DNA of 64,000 bases from Camelus dromedarius (Eukaryota). The translations under genes were made by a program, and so were the position numbers. The stretch's first letter is position 1. Every line of letters begins with the position of its first letter. Shown here piece by piece: positions 12,791-25,559 of this stretch. The DNA lies in the NCBI RefSeq assembly GCF_036321535.1, contig NC_087436.1, positions 98,582,001-98,646,000 on the forward strand, given 5' to 3'. The notes beneath the pieces were generated by a model that made no database searches, was not told where the DNA came from, and saw only the letters and a list, made by a program, of their open reading frames with translations.

Positions 12791-15104
12791 CCATAATGTT
12801 TGATCATGCATTTGAGCAGAGATATATCTTTTCTACAAATATTAGCCAACATTTCCTATAATTGAAGCAGACAGGATTTTTTCAGGCATTAACTCACTGT
12901 TTTATGTTTGTTGGACACTCACAAAAAATGTTTACAAGTAAAATTCTTTAAATTGCAAACTAGGTTTAAGAGAATACTCAAGTGAAACAATAGAGTACTT
13001 CAAATATTTAGTATGAATGAGAATTTCCTAAGGGTCATAATAATAGTACAAATAATTCAATTAGATATCTTGGCAAGAAGTGGAGGAAAGAACACAGCAA
13101 CAAATAGGTGGCAAAATTTGTGACCTTCCAACTCTGAGATCCTATATTTTTATAAATATATAATACCAAAGATAATATCTGAGGACCACACTCAACAAAA
13201 TGGCCCAAATTAATAGACTCCTGGGAACTTACAAACTGTATGTTTTCATAATAATGGGAAATAATGAAAAAAACAGGTTAAATATAATCCACAGTATCCC
13301 ATACATGTTTTAAAATATATTCAGATTACCAAAAATATCCCAAATGGTTAGTGCAAAAGCATCCTCATTAGACATTTATAAACCTACAAAATAATCATTT
13401 TTGTCTAAAATTTTGGTCACAAAGTTTCATATTTTTCTCCCTTACTCTCTTTTACTTTCCATTTTCTTTTTTCTTTCTTCTCTCTCTCTCTCTCACAGAC
13501 TGTTTTTTATTCAATTTTTTTCTTCCTATCCATTCAGTGATTTATTATATACAATTAAAGATTGTGCTTATTAAGCAGGATAATTTGATACATTTCTCCA
13601 TGCAGCCACTTAGAGACAAGTTGGGTAATGTAACTTGTAATACTTTTAAATTTCATTCTTCTTCCTTGTAAAAAGGAGAAATTTAAAGAACCTTACTCAT
13701 TTATCTACTAGAAAATATGTAAAGTAATTTATATGAAACGCTTGCACTTCATCAGATACATGAGATTTTTAAATTACTACTACTTTCTACTTTATATTAA
13801 ATATCATTCTTCCTGCAACTTGTATCCCTCCACAAATCCTTGCACAGAAAGAATGGTTTATTTAGTAAGAAAATATACTCTTAATAAGCTCTAGTTAAAT
13901 CACCTCCAGTGTAGACCCTCTTGAGGGATTTTGTACTATGCAACAGAAGTTTAAGACGTTCGTTTTTCTCCTTTGTATCTGTGAACATCTGGTATTAGCA
14001 TAAGGATATAGTATGGCAGAAAAAAAAGGAATATATGTGCAAATATTATTCTAATACTCTTTTGACACTAGTGATTAAACTATCTACACAGTAAACTTTT
14101 GGCTTTTTTTCAAAAGATTAAGAATTTTCAAATAATAATAATTTCAAAGAATAAGAATAAACCAAATACTTCTTTTTCCAATGTCTTCCGGATAATTTCT
14201 CTAAGTACTATTTATATTCAAAATATGCCACACAAATTCCAACACCTGGAAAAAGAGCTCTTTTGCATGTACTCTTTGGAAATTTTGCTTTGTGGTGGAT
14301 AGTCATGTAATCTTAAACACTAACACAAAAATCACAGTTCAAATTGAGAAAACTCTGAAACAACAGTTTTGTTCAAAATAAATATTAAGTACTTTAAATA
14401 TTAGGTTAAATATTTCAAATACATGATGTCAGGTAGACAATATTCAGCATAAATGCAAGTATTCATCGTAAATATTATACGGCCAAAAGCCATTTCACAG
14501 TGAAATGGCACTTCTTAACCTGATCAAAAAAATAATCATCCACTGGAGTTTAATTTAAGCTTTATTAAAGTAATTTATGACTGCCTTTCTCCATAAATTA
14601 CTCAAATAGAAATATACATCTATAATAAAAAAAAAGGATTTGTTCATTGAAATAATTTTAAACAGCATGTAATTGCGAGAGCAACAAAATTGGTAAATAA
14701 CAATTGTAGACAAGCTAGACAGTTGAAAATGCAATAACTCAGCAGCTTTTGGTAGAATACCTACTGACCCCAATATCTCATGATTCAAATGCTAGTTGAA
14801 ATGAGAAAACAATATAATATTAGCAAGAGGAGTTATAATGTGTCTGTATTGAAATAGTTATAACCAAGTTATTAAGGAAGCATCATTTGTTCGGCATTTC
14901 TCATGGCTGTCCAGGTGGGCCTGGTCCAGCATACTAACTTTTACCTTTTGCCTCATTACTTTCTGTATAGATAGATAAATCCCTGCATCGATCTCCGTGC
15001 CATGCTGTATGGATCAGCTTTAAACAAGCATTCCAGAATAATAATTGTCTGTTCTGAGGCATCCTGTGATAGCTGATCAATAAGAAGATGTTCATTTGGA
15101 AAGT

Positions 15105-15500
15105 GTCACAGGTTTTCCCAGAAGCAGGTGCTGAGACGGGCATGTGTGTGCAGTTTTATTAGTGAGTGCTCTTGTATCAGTGTTTGGTTGGTGGAGGAAT
15201 AGAAGAAACAAAATTGAGCAGAAGGAGACATTGGGCAGCAATGCCATTAAAACAAGACCTCTGCCAACCTGTGAGAACCTCTAAAGCTAAGTGTGCCCTT
15301 CTGAGCTGCCCCAATTTTCAGGAAGAAGACTTAAGCCTTTATATTTTTGTGTTGTTCAGTTACTGAACATGAGCTCACTGGGGAAGGAGGCATGAACAAA
15401 GAGGTGACTCTCTTCAGCAAAAAACAATTTTTAGGAGCATTGAGCTTGTAAACAATAACCTTCTGAGCAGGCAAGTAACAAATAGGTCAGTCCCATATGG
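15105..15500 (-). mobile_element. ERVL-class LTR (LTR16-like)
   Basis: ggttttcccagaagcaggtgctgagac...cagttttatt terminus; abuts ERVL internal sequence. Confidence 0.55.
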
Positions 15501-16770
15501 GAGGAAGGTGTGTATCTTGAACAGCAAAGCAGAACACGAGGGTCCTCTCCTAATGCTGCTTAGACTCACCTTCTTAGTTTGAGTCCTGGAAACAGCTACT
15601 TCCATATGATGGGCCTCTTTTCCTGGGGAAAAAAAAAAAAGAAAGTTGAACAAAGATTAGTGGAACAAAGTACAGCACCATTTCCTGCAGCTGGTCTAAA
15701 GACAGCGTATCATCTCCTCCACCTCATTAAATCCTCCTTACCCTTAGCTATCAGCACTTCTGTGATCAAGATGGCTCACCTCGGTGGGTGATCGAGACTC
15801 ATGCCCTAATTGAGTGGTGGGGGCTGAACAGGCAAATTCAAGTGCAGAATAAATGGTGATTGCAATGAAAATAAATTGCTGTCCTATTCCAATATGGAAA
15901 TGTTCCAATTTAATCAGTTGATTACTAAGGATTGGTTGATACCCTTGAAGAAAAATGCTACACTAGTCATTTAATGTTCATTTTTTGTTGTAGAAGATTG
16001 GTCATTCAAAGGTTTCAGCAGTTTGACCAGACTGGGTGAGTGGAAGCACATGTATAGCCTTCATTTCTGTCCCTTTGTCTACTCCGTTTGTGAACCCATT
16101 GTGCCTGTCCTGGGATGTCAATGACAGAGACTGACTGACTGGCTGAGTCATTCTGTTTGGTAATTTAGTATTGAGCTAAAGATTGATGAGCTTTGGTAGG
16201 CATTAAAAATACAATAAAACAATCTTCATTCTATGTGACCACTACTGGTCCATCCTTCTATCCTTCCACAAGCTGATCTACCATATCTTCTACCTCCCAA
16301 TCTTTTTTTTTTTTCTTTCTGGTCTCTGGCCAACAGGCCAAGCATTTGCAACTGTCTGTGAGTCGGCATGAATTCCAAACTTGGGGTACTTCATCTTTCA
16401 CAGAGGGCAGATGTCAGATGTACTACCCAGATACCTTGTCTTTAAAGGATTTTCCCTCATCACTGTCTTTCAATCCTATCCCTAAGTGAGTGGAGCTGTA
16501 GTGTAGTATAGCCAACCATCCACTTTTCAGCTGAGATAACCCACCCATGAACAAAGTCAGTTTTTTTTTTTTCTCTTTTGTCAAAAAGTCAGAGTCCTCA
16601 ATGGGACTATAGGTGTGTGGTGAGGAAGAGGCAGTGTGTGATCTTTGTGAGCGACTTGACCTCCTGAAGTATGTCTGTGCCCTCTAATGTTGCTTGTGTT
16701 TGAACCTGAATGAAATAGGCTGAATGGACCACTGTAGGCCAGACCTTACAGTGAGAACCGTGCTCACTGA
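15500..16770 (-). mobile_element. ERVL internal relic (pol RNase H / integrase)
   Basis: Minus-strand translations LKDSDEGKS, IHADSQTVAN(G)LACW and AQWVHKRS resemble ERVL pol LKDSGEGKSSQ, YTDSWAVANGLAGW and AQWAHEQSGH. Confidence 0.75.
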
Positions 16771-16839
16771 ATTGTAAAACCTAAATACAATAGGAGTAAT
16801 TGCAGCCCAGGGTGGGAGGGACCAAGGGGCTACACTCAC

Positions 16840-16940
16840 ATTATGGAAAAATGGAGTCTTAGAGAGTTGAGAAAGTTGACCAAGATCACATAGCTGGTTA
16901 CCAGTAATGAGCCTGCGTGGCCCTGAAGCTGGCATTCTCC
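16840..16940 (-). mobile_element. MIR fragment
   Basis: aaaaatggagtcttagagagttgagaaagttgaccaagatcacatagctggtta. Confidence 0.65.
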
Positions 16941-17904
16941 CATGAAAATATGTGTTGAGTGAATAAATGTTGCTGTTTGTTTTCTTTGAAATCTCTTGGA
17001 AACCCTTAGCCAGAAATTCCCAGTTCAGGTTTTTGAGAGGAAAAAGCAAACGAATAGTGTATGGAATGTGTCTTACCTCTGTCATAAGCTAACTGAATAC
17101 AAGTTAAATATATATTTTTGTGTTTACAATAGGGAGCCATTCTGACCATATTCTCAGCAAATGTAGTGCATCACTTATACTGCCTGGTCCTCACTCATGT
17201 GTTGCCTTTAATTGTTCTCTATGTGTTTCATTTGTATGGAATTTATGTCCCTGGCTCAGTATGTAGCAACATGAGCACAAAAGTCTTCTCCATCTTTACT
17301 AGAAACCACAGTGCAAACAGTAACAGGAAAGACAGTCATTGGAATAAGGGATTCATTGTTAAATGGATGCACGATTATATTCCACATGCCACACTTAACT
17401 GAAAAGCAACCTTGAAATTCAGCAATATCTCACTCAGGAAAGCAGAAACTCTAAAAAAAAATAATGTAAATGGAGTAGTTTATGCCTTTTTGCTCTTATG
17501 ACAGACTAGCCTGACTTAAGCAGTCTTGATTTACTAAAATCTCTTGAGGTTCAAGTCACTAGAAAAGTAGTTTCAGTCTCCACTGCTATATTTCAGTAAA
17601 GGCTAACACTTTGCCTCAGTATATGAGCAAATTGGATCTTCACAAGAGATGCTAACAGAATGATAAATGGTACTATCTTTGAATTTAGGGCTTTGGGTGG
17701 AATGCTACACAACATGTTTCCTCATAGAAATTATAAAACCACATGGATGAAAAGCCTGCTTTAATACCAACAGAGATAAAGAAGAGGAAGAAACAAACAC
17801 TTTTGAGAAGTTTCATTTTGCCCTTTCTGCAAATAATTTTTATTGTAAATCATAGACTCCGTGTTATCATGTAAGTAATTCATTTTCTTTTAAAATATTT
17901 TCAT

Positions 17905-18440
17905 GAACTTCCACTTCCAGCTATGATGAATCATCACATAGCAGAGCAATATTCCTGCTGAAAACAGCTAGAAAACAGAAACAAACAAAATGTAAAACAA
18001 GGCTATCTTCTCTTTAATGGCATGAGAAAGATAGTAAGGCATGGGACTATGGGACTTAGGGTATAAAATCATAGACAAAAAAACACTCATAAGGAAGATA
18101 TTAACATGGACATGTTGGGCAAAAATTATCTCTAAGAGGCGGATAATCTTAACAGATCCTTCCATGGTACTAGAAGACAAAAGCTGAAATTTAAGATGAC
18201 CTAGGACTTGAGAAGTCAGGATACCAGAGAGAAGCAAAGTATATAGAAATGAAGCCAACAATCTGAGCTGACTTTCTTTCAAAGACTTCACCCATCCCTA
18301 AGCTGCCCTGGTCTCAAGTGATCAGAATCTTCTAAAGGCTCATCACAGGGGGAAGATTAAGCACAGGAGTTGAAGGTCTACCATAATGAAGGAGTCTGCT
18401 AAACGCTCCAAGCTTACCACTGGGACTCCTGAAAATTGGC
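17905..18440 (+). mobile_element. Probable old L1M 5'-region fragment
   Basis: cttccacttccagctatgatg...cctgctgaaaacagctagaaaac resembles L1M 5' ends. Confidence 0.4.
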
Positions 18441-18644
18441 ACCATCTATGTGGCCATTTACTGGTCGATGTAAGGATTAGTTAAAGGTTAATTGTGCCTT
18501 GTATTTTGAGTTTAGATAATGAGTTTTGATAAAGTTATAGTGTACTGTTATTCCCCTTCAGCTACACCCATCTGGCTGTTTTTCTCCCCTAAATGAGTTC
18601 TTTGTTACCCTTATGGGTAACATTTTTGAAATTGCTGGAATATC

Positions 18645-19357
18645 ACTGTGCCAGCTATCACTTCTATAAGTAAACCTGGAAACATCTCTCCTTTACCAGT
18701 TGGCACAACTGAATTTGTCAGTGGACAGCACTAGAAAGATAATGCAGGACGAAGGAACTTGTCTTCCTGGTTCCCGTAAGCTTTTCTTTCTTGCTTTTGT
18801 GGTTCACAACTGCCAGACTATGGCTGGACACCTACCGGTTCTCATCCTTCAGTGAATTTTAATAGCATTCCTATAGACAGCTTTCCTGCGAGTTTCAGCC
18901 TTATGCTAGTGGGCAGCTTTCCAGTAGATCTCGCTGGCACATGAGTGAGAGGTTTCTCAGTGAGGCTCCTCAGCACCCCAGAGAGCTCTTCATTAAGACT
19001 TACAGTAAGTGTCCCATTGGGAAGTTTCTCACTTTTCAATCCTGGATTGTGGCTCCTCAGCAAACTTCTCCATCAAACAGTGGACTATGGACACACCCTT
19101 TCCAATGAAGTCTCCGTCTCTGATTTGGGGTGGGGGCAAACCTCTCCCAAGTTTGTTTTTGTTGCTGTTGTTGTTGTTTTGAGGTATTCTGCCTCAGTCT
19201 TGGTGTCTGATATCTGCTATAATTATTTTTTTCTTTTAGCATGCTCTTTAACCCTTTTAAATTAATAGTTATTAGCTAATAGTTATTTTTTGTTAAAATC
19301 TTTGTGCTCAAATTACTTACATGATTTCTATCCTTTGATAGAACCTTGACTAATATA
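18645..19357 (+). mobile_element. ERVL-class LTR (LTR33/41-like)
   Basis: 3' terminus ttaaaatctttgtgctcaaattact...gatttctatcctttgatagaaccttgactaatata; GC-elevated body. Confidence 0.55.
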
Positions 19358-19379
19358 TTTACCATGTATTTTCTATCTT

Positions 19380-19380
<1 letters not shown>

Positions 19381-19404
<24 letters not shown>
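19381..19404 (+). repeat. (CTGT)6 microsatellite
   Basis: Directly visible. Confidence 0.95.
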
Positions 19405-19411
<7 letters not shown>

Positions 19412-19703
19412 CTTTATCCACATACTGGTCCCATGGAATACTCCACTCATATCAATAGTCCTGCTAAGACACAGACACATAAAATGGTGCATACTCAGTT
19501 GTAGCAAAAAATGTAATTATTGATAAGAAAAGCACCAAGAAAAAAATCAGCCTAGGGTCTCTGAATTTCTTCTTAGTCAGAAATGCTACAACACAGTCAT
19601 CCTAATAATAGGACTTTTCTGTTCAGTGAAAATGACGTTTGATTTGTTGCAAGTTATGTTTTTGTCTTTAAAATATTCTGATAAACAATTTTTAAGTAAA
19701 GAT

Positions 19704-21286
19704 TTGCCAAAGCATTACTGAAGAGAAAGAAAGAGGCTGGAGGAATAACTCTCCCAGACTTCAGACAATACTATAGAGCTACAGTCATCAAGACAGCATG
19801 GTATTGGTACCAAAACAGACATATAGACCAATGGAACAGAATAGAGAGCCCAGAAATGAACCCACAAACTTTTGGTCAACTCATCTTTGACAAAGGAGGC
19901 AAGAATATACATTGGAATAAAGACAGTCTCTTCAGCAAATGGTGTTGGGAAAACTGGACAGCAGCATGTAAAACAATGAAGCTAGAACACTCCCTTGCAC
20001 CATATACAAAAATCAACTCAAAATGGATTAAAGACTTAAACATAAGACAAGATACAATAAACCTCCTAGAGGAAAACATAGGCAAAACATTATCTGACAT
20101 ACATTTAAAAAATTTTCTCCTAGAAGAAATAAAAGCAAGAATAAACAAATGGGACCTAATGAAACTTACAAGCTTCTGCACAGCAAAGGAAACCAGAAAT
20201 AAAACAAGAAGAAAACCTACGGAATGGGAGAAAATTTTTGCAAGTGAAACCGACAAAGGCTTGATCTCCAGAATATATAAGCAGCTCATATGACTCAATA
20301 AGAAAAAAATAAACAACCCAATCCAAAAATGGGCAGAAGACCTAAACAAGCAATTCTCCAAGGAAGACATACAAATGATCAAAAAGCACATGAAAAAATG
20401 CTCAATATCACTAATTATCAGAGAAATGCAAATCAAAACTACAATGAGGTATCACCTCACACCAGTCAGAATGGCCGTCATTCAAAAATCCACAAATGAC
20501 AAACGCTGGAGAGGCTGTGGAGAAAGGGGAACCCTCCTACACTGCTGGTGGGAATGCAGTTTGGTGCAGCCACTATGGAAAACAGTATGGAGATTCCTCA
20601 GAAGACTAGGAATAGACTTACCAAATGACCCAGGAATCCCACTCCTGGGCTTGTATCCAGAAGGAAATCTACTTCAGGATGACACCTGCACCCCAATGTT
20701 CATAGCAGCACTATTTACAATAGCCAAGACATGGAAACAGCCTAAATGTCCATCAACAGGTGACTGGATAAAGAAGAGGTGGTATATTTATACAATGGAA
20801 TACTACTCAGCCATAAAAACCAACAACATAATGCCATTTGCAGCAACATGGATGCTCCTGGAGAATGTCATTCTAAGTGAAGTAAGCCAGAAAGAGAAAG
20901 AAAAATACCATATGAGATCGCTCATATGTGGAATCTAAAAAACAAAAACAAAAACAAAGAAACAAACAAAAACAAAGCGTAAATAAAGGACAGAAATAGA
21001 CTCACAGACAGAGAATACAGACTTGTGGTTACCAGGGGGGTGGAGGGTGGGAAGGGATAGACTGGGATTTCAAAATTGTAGAATAGACTACACTGTATAG
21101 CACAGGGAAATATACACAAAATGTTATGATAACTCACAGAGAAAAAAATGTGACAATGAGTGTGTATATGTCCATGAATAACTGAAAAATTGTGCTGAAC
21201 ACTGGAATTTGACACAACATTGTAAAATGATTATAAATCAATAAAAAATGTTAAAAAAAATAAAGTTATATACAGCCAAAAAAAAA
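19704..21286 (+). mobile_element. Young 5'-truncated LINE-1 (ORF2 C-terminus, 3'UTR, polyA)
   Basis: One frame from [20 protein letters not shown] to the stop at 20938, broken by a single TGA (20291-20293); perfect 17-bp TSD aatttttaagtaaagat at 19687-19703 and 21287-21303. Confidence 0.98.
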
Positions 21287-21697
21287 AATTTTTAAGTAAA
21301 GATGATTGACAGGTTGATGGAAATTGCACATTGAATAATAAAAGATTTCTAATAATTTTGTAGATGATAGAAAAGTTCACTCAATCATAGTAAAGTGTTA
21401 GAATGTTTCCTAAAGGAGTTTATGCAATTATGTTCTGAGTTTTTTTCTCATTTTTATTACAGGAAAATTTGATAGTGCTGTACAAAATGATTTTAATATC
21501 AATATTTCATTTAAGTTTTGAGGAGCTGGGTAAAAAAAAAGTAAGGGAAAGATCACCTTCATCTATTCCTTGGTCTCCAAATTCATGTCTATAATTGATT
21601 TTTTTATTCAAAGTGTCCAAAGAAAATTATTGCATATTTTCCCCTAAATTAAGACTAAATTTTTCCTACTTTGATTACCAATGAGGGTAAAATAACT

Positions 21698-21699
<2 letters not shown>

Positions 21700-21728
<29 letters not shown>
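21700..21728 (+). repeat. Poly(T)29 tract
   Basis: Directly visible. Confidence 0.95.
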
Positions 21729-22339
21729 GGTGACAAGAGGCATTTAAGCAATAGTGATGCTATGAATATTATCAAATATTACCATTCACACTTGTGAACA
21801 GGACTTAAGCAATAAAATCCAGGGACCAGTATTAGTATGAATTATTCTTAAGCACAGCCACTTCTGTGCAACTGAAGCTACAGAGAACTACAAACAAACT
21901 TAATATATTACTGTGATGGTAAAATATTGAAAAACATTTTATAATACAAATTTTGTACTAAGACCTCAGCTGATTAAGCATTACTGAACAGTATGGTCAG
22001 AGATGATTCAGGGAGGGTGTGCAGAATTTGGTCATATTTCTTCTTGAACTTTTAAAAAGAATTAAGTGATTTCCAAGATCATTCGGAAAACACATTTATT
22101 CTTACCATACTACTTCAAACCTATCTTAACTTTACGGGGAATATCCAGTTGTGACTTAGGAAGCACCGGACAACTGGAAAAGAGCATCACCCTCTTTGTA
22201 GTAGAACCTGGTTGCTTGTCTTGCTCCAATTAACTTTCACAGGGACTATTTCCTGGAAAATGGTAATAATGATAAATTAACAATGCTGCTTTAACTCTTC
22301 TATATCTTCCTGGATTATAACACATTTCTAATTACTGAG

Positions 22340-22475
22340 AGGTAAAAATAACGCTTCACTTCCCCACTTATAACCAGTAAACTGAGACTTAGGGAAAATA
22401 AGTCCTTTGCCAGTAGTCATAACATCGGTATGTGGAGGGGCTTAGACTCAAACCAAGGACTTCAGATATTGGCAA
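22340..22475 (-). mobile_element. MIR fragment
   Basis: ccccacttataaccagtaaactgagacttagggaaaataagtcctttgcc...gactcaaaccaagg. Confidence 0.6.
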
Positions 22476-23318
22476 AATTAATGGCTTTCAGATCAGGTGT
22501 TGCAACATGCCAAACACAGACGTAATTTAAAACAATTATAACGTTAATGACAATAATATTGATCATGACTTAACTATGTGATAAGGAATGTAACAAGAAG
22601 TTTATGCATGGCATAATTTAATCCCCACAAATAAACTATGTGATGAGTATTTTAATATTATATAGAGAGGTATAGGCATATTGACATTGGTTATCCATTT
22701 GTGTCTATATATTTCCATCTGTAAGTACATTTATATCTTTATCTCTATCTCTATATCTACGTCTAGAATCTGTCAAAGCTTGGGGACTTGCCCCAAGTCA
22801 AATACCCAATAAACAGCAGAATAATTTGATATGGTCAATCAGCAATATATCATGGACTATCCCTGTGACAAACCTTTCCTTTTAAATATGTTGAATAATG
22901 TGGACTACCAGCTCCTACGGCTGCTCTTTGATATACATACCTTTTCAAAAGGGAACTGAGATTTTTTCCATAGGAGGCTACAGCAGATCAGGATAAGACA
23001 GTAATTTTCTTTTCTTGATAAATACATTTTCATTTATACTTTTATTGAAGAAATATTTGTTTAGCAAATATTTGTTAAACACTCCATATAGGGAAGTGGT
23101 GAATTTCACCTATTTGGGGGATCTTTTTTTTAAATGTCTTTTCGTAAAATGTTACTGCTGGCTTGATTATATCTTGCACATTCCATCTGATGTTTATTCT
23201 AAGATATTCTATGCTTTATTATTATAGTAGAAATTATGACTAAAATTAACTGTTTATTACTCTTTCTAAATTTGAAAAGAACTAATTTTTATTACATTTT
23301 CTTTTTGTGTGTGTGTAG

Positions 23319-23348
23319 GGAAATGATCCCATGCTTTATGGGATTTAA
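23319..23348 (+). CDS. Candidate terminal coding exon (GNDPMLYGI*)
   Basis: Branch-like ctaat (23282), pyrimidine/TG tract, AG at 23317-23318; AATAAA at 23518-23523 followed by a GT-rich stretch. Confidence 0.2.
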   Translation, partial: GNDPMLYGI

Positions 23349-24224
23349 GAAAAGATTGGAACTTGTGTTCATTTTGCCTATCACCAAAGGAGGAAAAATT
23401 AGCAAAGCTTAACACCTTGTTATAAATTACATACTGGAAAGTCTAGTAAGAAAAATAATGCTTATAAAATATTAAAGTCACATACTAGTAATTTCTATGT
23501 AACTTCTAAGAATTACAAATAAAGAATGTGCAATTACAAACAATAGAAATGTTGTCTCTCACCGGCCTGAATTAGCCCACAAATTATATTCAAGTAAAAG
23601 TGGCTCTCTCTTTTATCCAACTTAGACATATTTACAACCTTATCATGACCTATCAGTCGTGTTAAGTGCGTTGACCTAGATTTGAAGGAGTTACAGCTTA
23701 GCCTTAAAGGTTTATAACTGTTTGGACAGCCTGATAACTAAAAATAGAAATTTTGAGGCAGTGTGCTAGATACTATTATAGAGATATAATACTTAATCAA
23801 TCATTCTTTTAAAACAAATAAGCATCTAATGAAAGTAATATGAGTGCCGTCTGTCATTGATTTTTTAGATAAAAAAGAAATAAGATACATCCATGTGTAT
23901 GTTTTAGTGAAATTATTTTAAAACTCATTCCCTGGGTTTACTTTCCTCCAGAGCTGATAAACGTTATTTGTAATAGAGCTTTTAAGGAGTCATGCTTTCC
24001 TCCTGAAGACCTTAGTCAATAACACAATTCTGCTTTAACAGAGCACTTAAAAATTGACATCATTTGTTTTACTCATTGTTGAACTATTTCTTCTACAAAA
24101 ATTCCTGTTTTTTTTTAATCAAATACATTCTATATCTCCAAGGTAATTCTTTTCCCAGATACTCAGTATCTAGGAGAGTATATTATTTCTTTCTCTATTG
24201 CATTTATAGTATTAAGTCCAATGG

Positions 24225-24500
24225 AAGCAATGTAACTGGATGTAGAAGACGTGGAGTCCAGAAGTGGCATTTCCCAGTCTGTGTGGTTCCTTCAACAGCC
24301 ATAGGTTCAAATTTCCCCAGGTTCAATTTGCCACTCTACCACTCCCTAGCTTTATGTTGGTGGACATTTATTCAGTTAATTTCTCCATGCCTATATAACT
24401 TGAAGGGCTGTTAGGACTTGTGAGGATTAAATAGGATAAAATATGTGAAGAAGTGAGCACATGCCCAACACATGGCATAAACTCAGAATGTAATTTTTAT
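24225..24500 (+). mobile_element. MIR SINE
   Basis: ggttcaatttgccactctaccact ... gtgaggattaaataggataaaatatgtgaag ... cacatggcataaactcag. Confidence 0.65.
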
Positions 24501-24707
24501 TATAATGAAGAAATTTTGTACATATCATTTACTTCCTTTATATCTAACAGTATTTAGAATTATTACAAGAAGGAGTGTGTACTAGGAATTCCCTACTTTT
24601 GGAGAGTATTTGAAAAGCTGCCTTTTTAAAAAATGGAGGTCAAAGTTGAAACCTATAAAAATCCCTCAGTAAGTTTTCATAACCTCCTAACATCACAATC
24701 ATTTTAA

Positions 24708-24795
24708 GGGGTAGAGGATGTAGCTCAGTGGTAGAGTGCATGCTTAGCATGCATGAGGTCCTGGGTTCAATCCCCAGTACCTGCATTAAAAAATA
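24708..24795 (+). mobile_element. tRNA-derived SINE (Vic-1-like, short form)
   Basis: gatgtagctcagtggtagagtgcatgcttagcatgcatgaggtcctgggttcaatccccagtacc plus A tail; 13-bp TSD acaatcattttaa (24695-24707) / acaataattttaa (24796-24808). Confidence 0.92.
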
Positions 24796-24952
24796 ACAAT
24801 AATTTTAAACAAGTAATTCTCAAAAATGAATCTTCAGTAACAACTTGTTCTGACGAGTCCCTGATTTTTCAATATTCCACTGTATACACTTCACACATTC
24901 TACTTCAAAGTCAACTTTCAGAGTACTTAACTCTGTTTTCATTTGGAAACTG

Positions 24953-25066
24953 TTCTTCCCCTTCCTCCTCCTCTTCTTCTTCTCTTCCTTCCTCTTCCTT
25001 TTCTTCTTCCTTTTCAACTCAAGTTTCTTCTCCACCTCCTTCCCCTTCTCCTCTTCCTTCTCTTCT
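24953..25066 (+). repeat. CT-rich low-complexity tract
   Basis: Directly visible; explains the Ser/Pro and Lys/Glu ORFs here. Confidence 0.9.
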
Positions 25067-25559
25067 ATGCCTGAGCACCGCCTTCTATCCAGTTATTCAA
25101 AATGGAAATCTTGTCATTTTATTTGAATTTACCTCCTAACTTGGCAACACTTGAGCTGCATGTATTCAAATGGTCAGTATCTTCAAAGCTAGCTTAACCC
25201 TATCTCTCCAACACTTTGGACATGTGTTTTCAAAAGAAAACCCATGACATTTACAAAATTTATTTTGTACTTGGCCACCTGGACTCTCAATTAAGAAAAA
25301 ACAAAAAGAAACAAAGCAAATATACATATTAAATAATGGCTTAATTACAAGACTGGAAAGTCTCCTATCCTCTCCCTTTATCTGTAGTGTCATTCTGACA
25401 CATCTTTATGCTTCTTTACTGGTTTTCCTTCCATCCTAAACATTCCCTCTCTGTTTTGGGAAATCTTGGTCCACTGTAAGTAAATGCCAGTAAATCATCA
25501 ACACCTTAGACATTGGGAATACACCTCACTTTTTTAAGAGTTTATAATTCATTAGCAAT

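Noticed and set aside
17076..17091. Minus-strand 16-nt micro-exon candidate (cag|ttagcttatgacagag|gtaaga)
   Set aside because: Weak pyrimidine tract and no coherent minus-strand exon chain found
19876..20436. 186-aa minus-strand ORF
   Set aside because: Antisense shadow of L1 ORF2
21463..21530. Strong acceptor tttttattacag
   Set aside because: No convincing donor or recognisable peptide; such tracts are common in AT-rich DNA
24708..24782. Apparent tRNA-Ala gene
   Set aside because: A tail, TSD and imperfect acceptor stem show it is a SINE; the same applies to 2174-2335
24753..25139. Ser/Pro-rich 128-aa ORF and Lys/Glu-rich antisense ORF
   Set aside because: Starts in a SINE and runs through a CT-rich low-complexity tract
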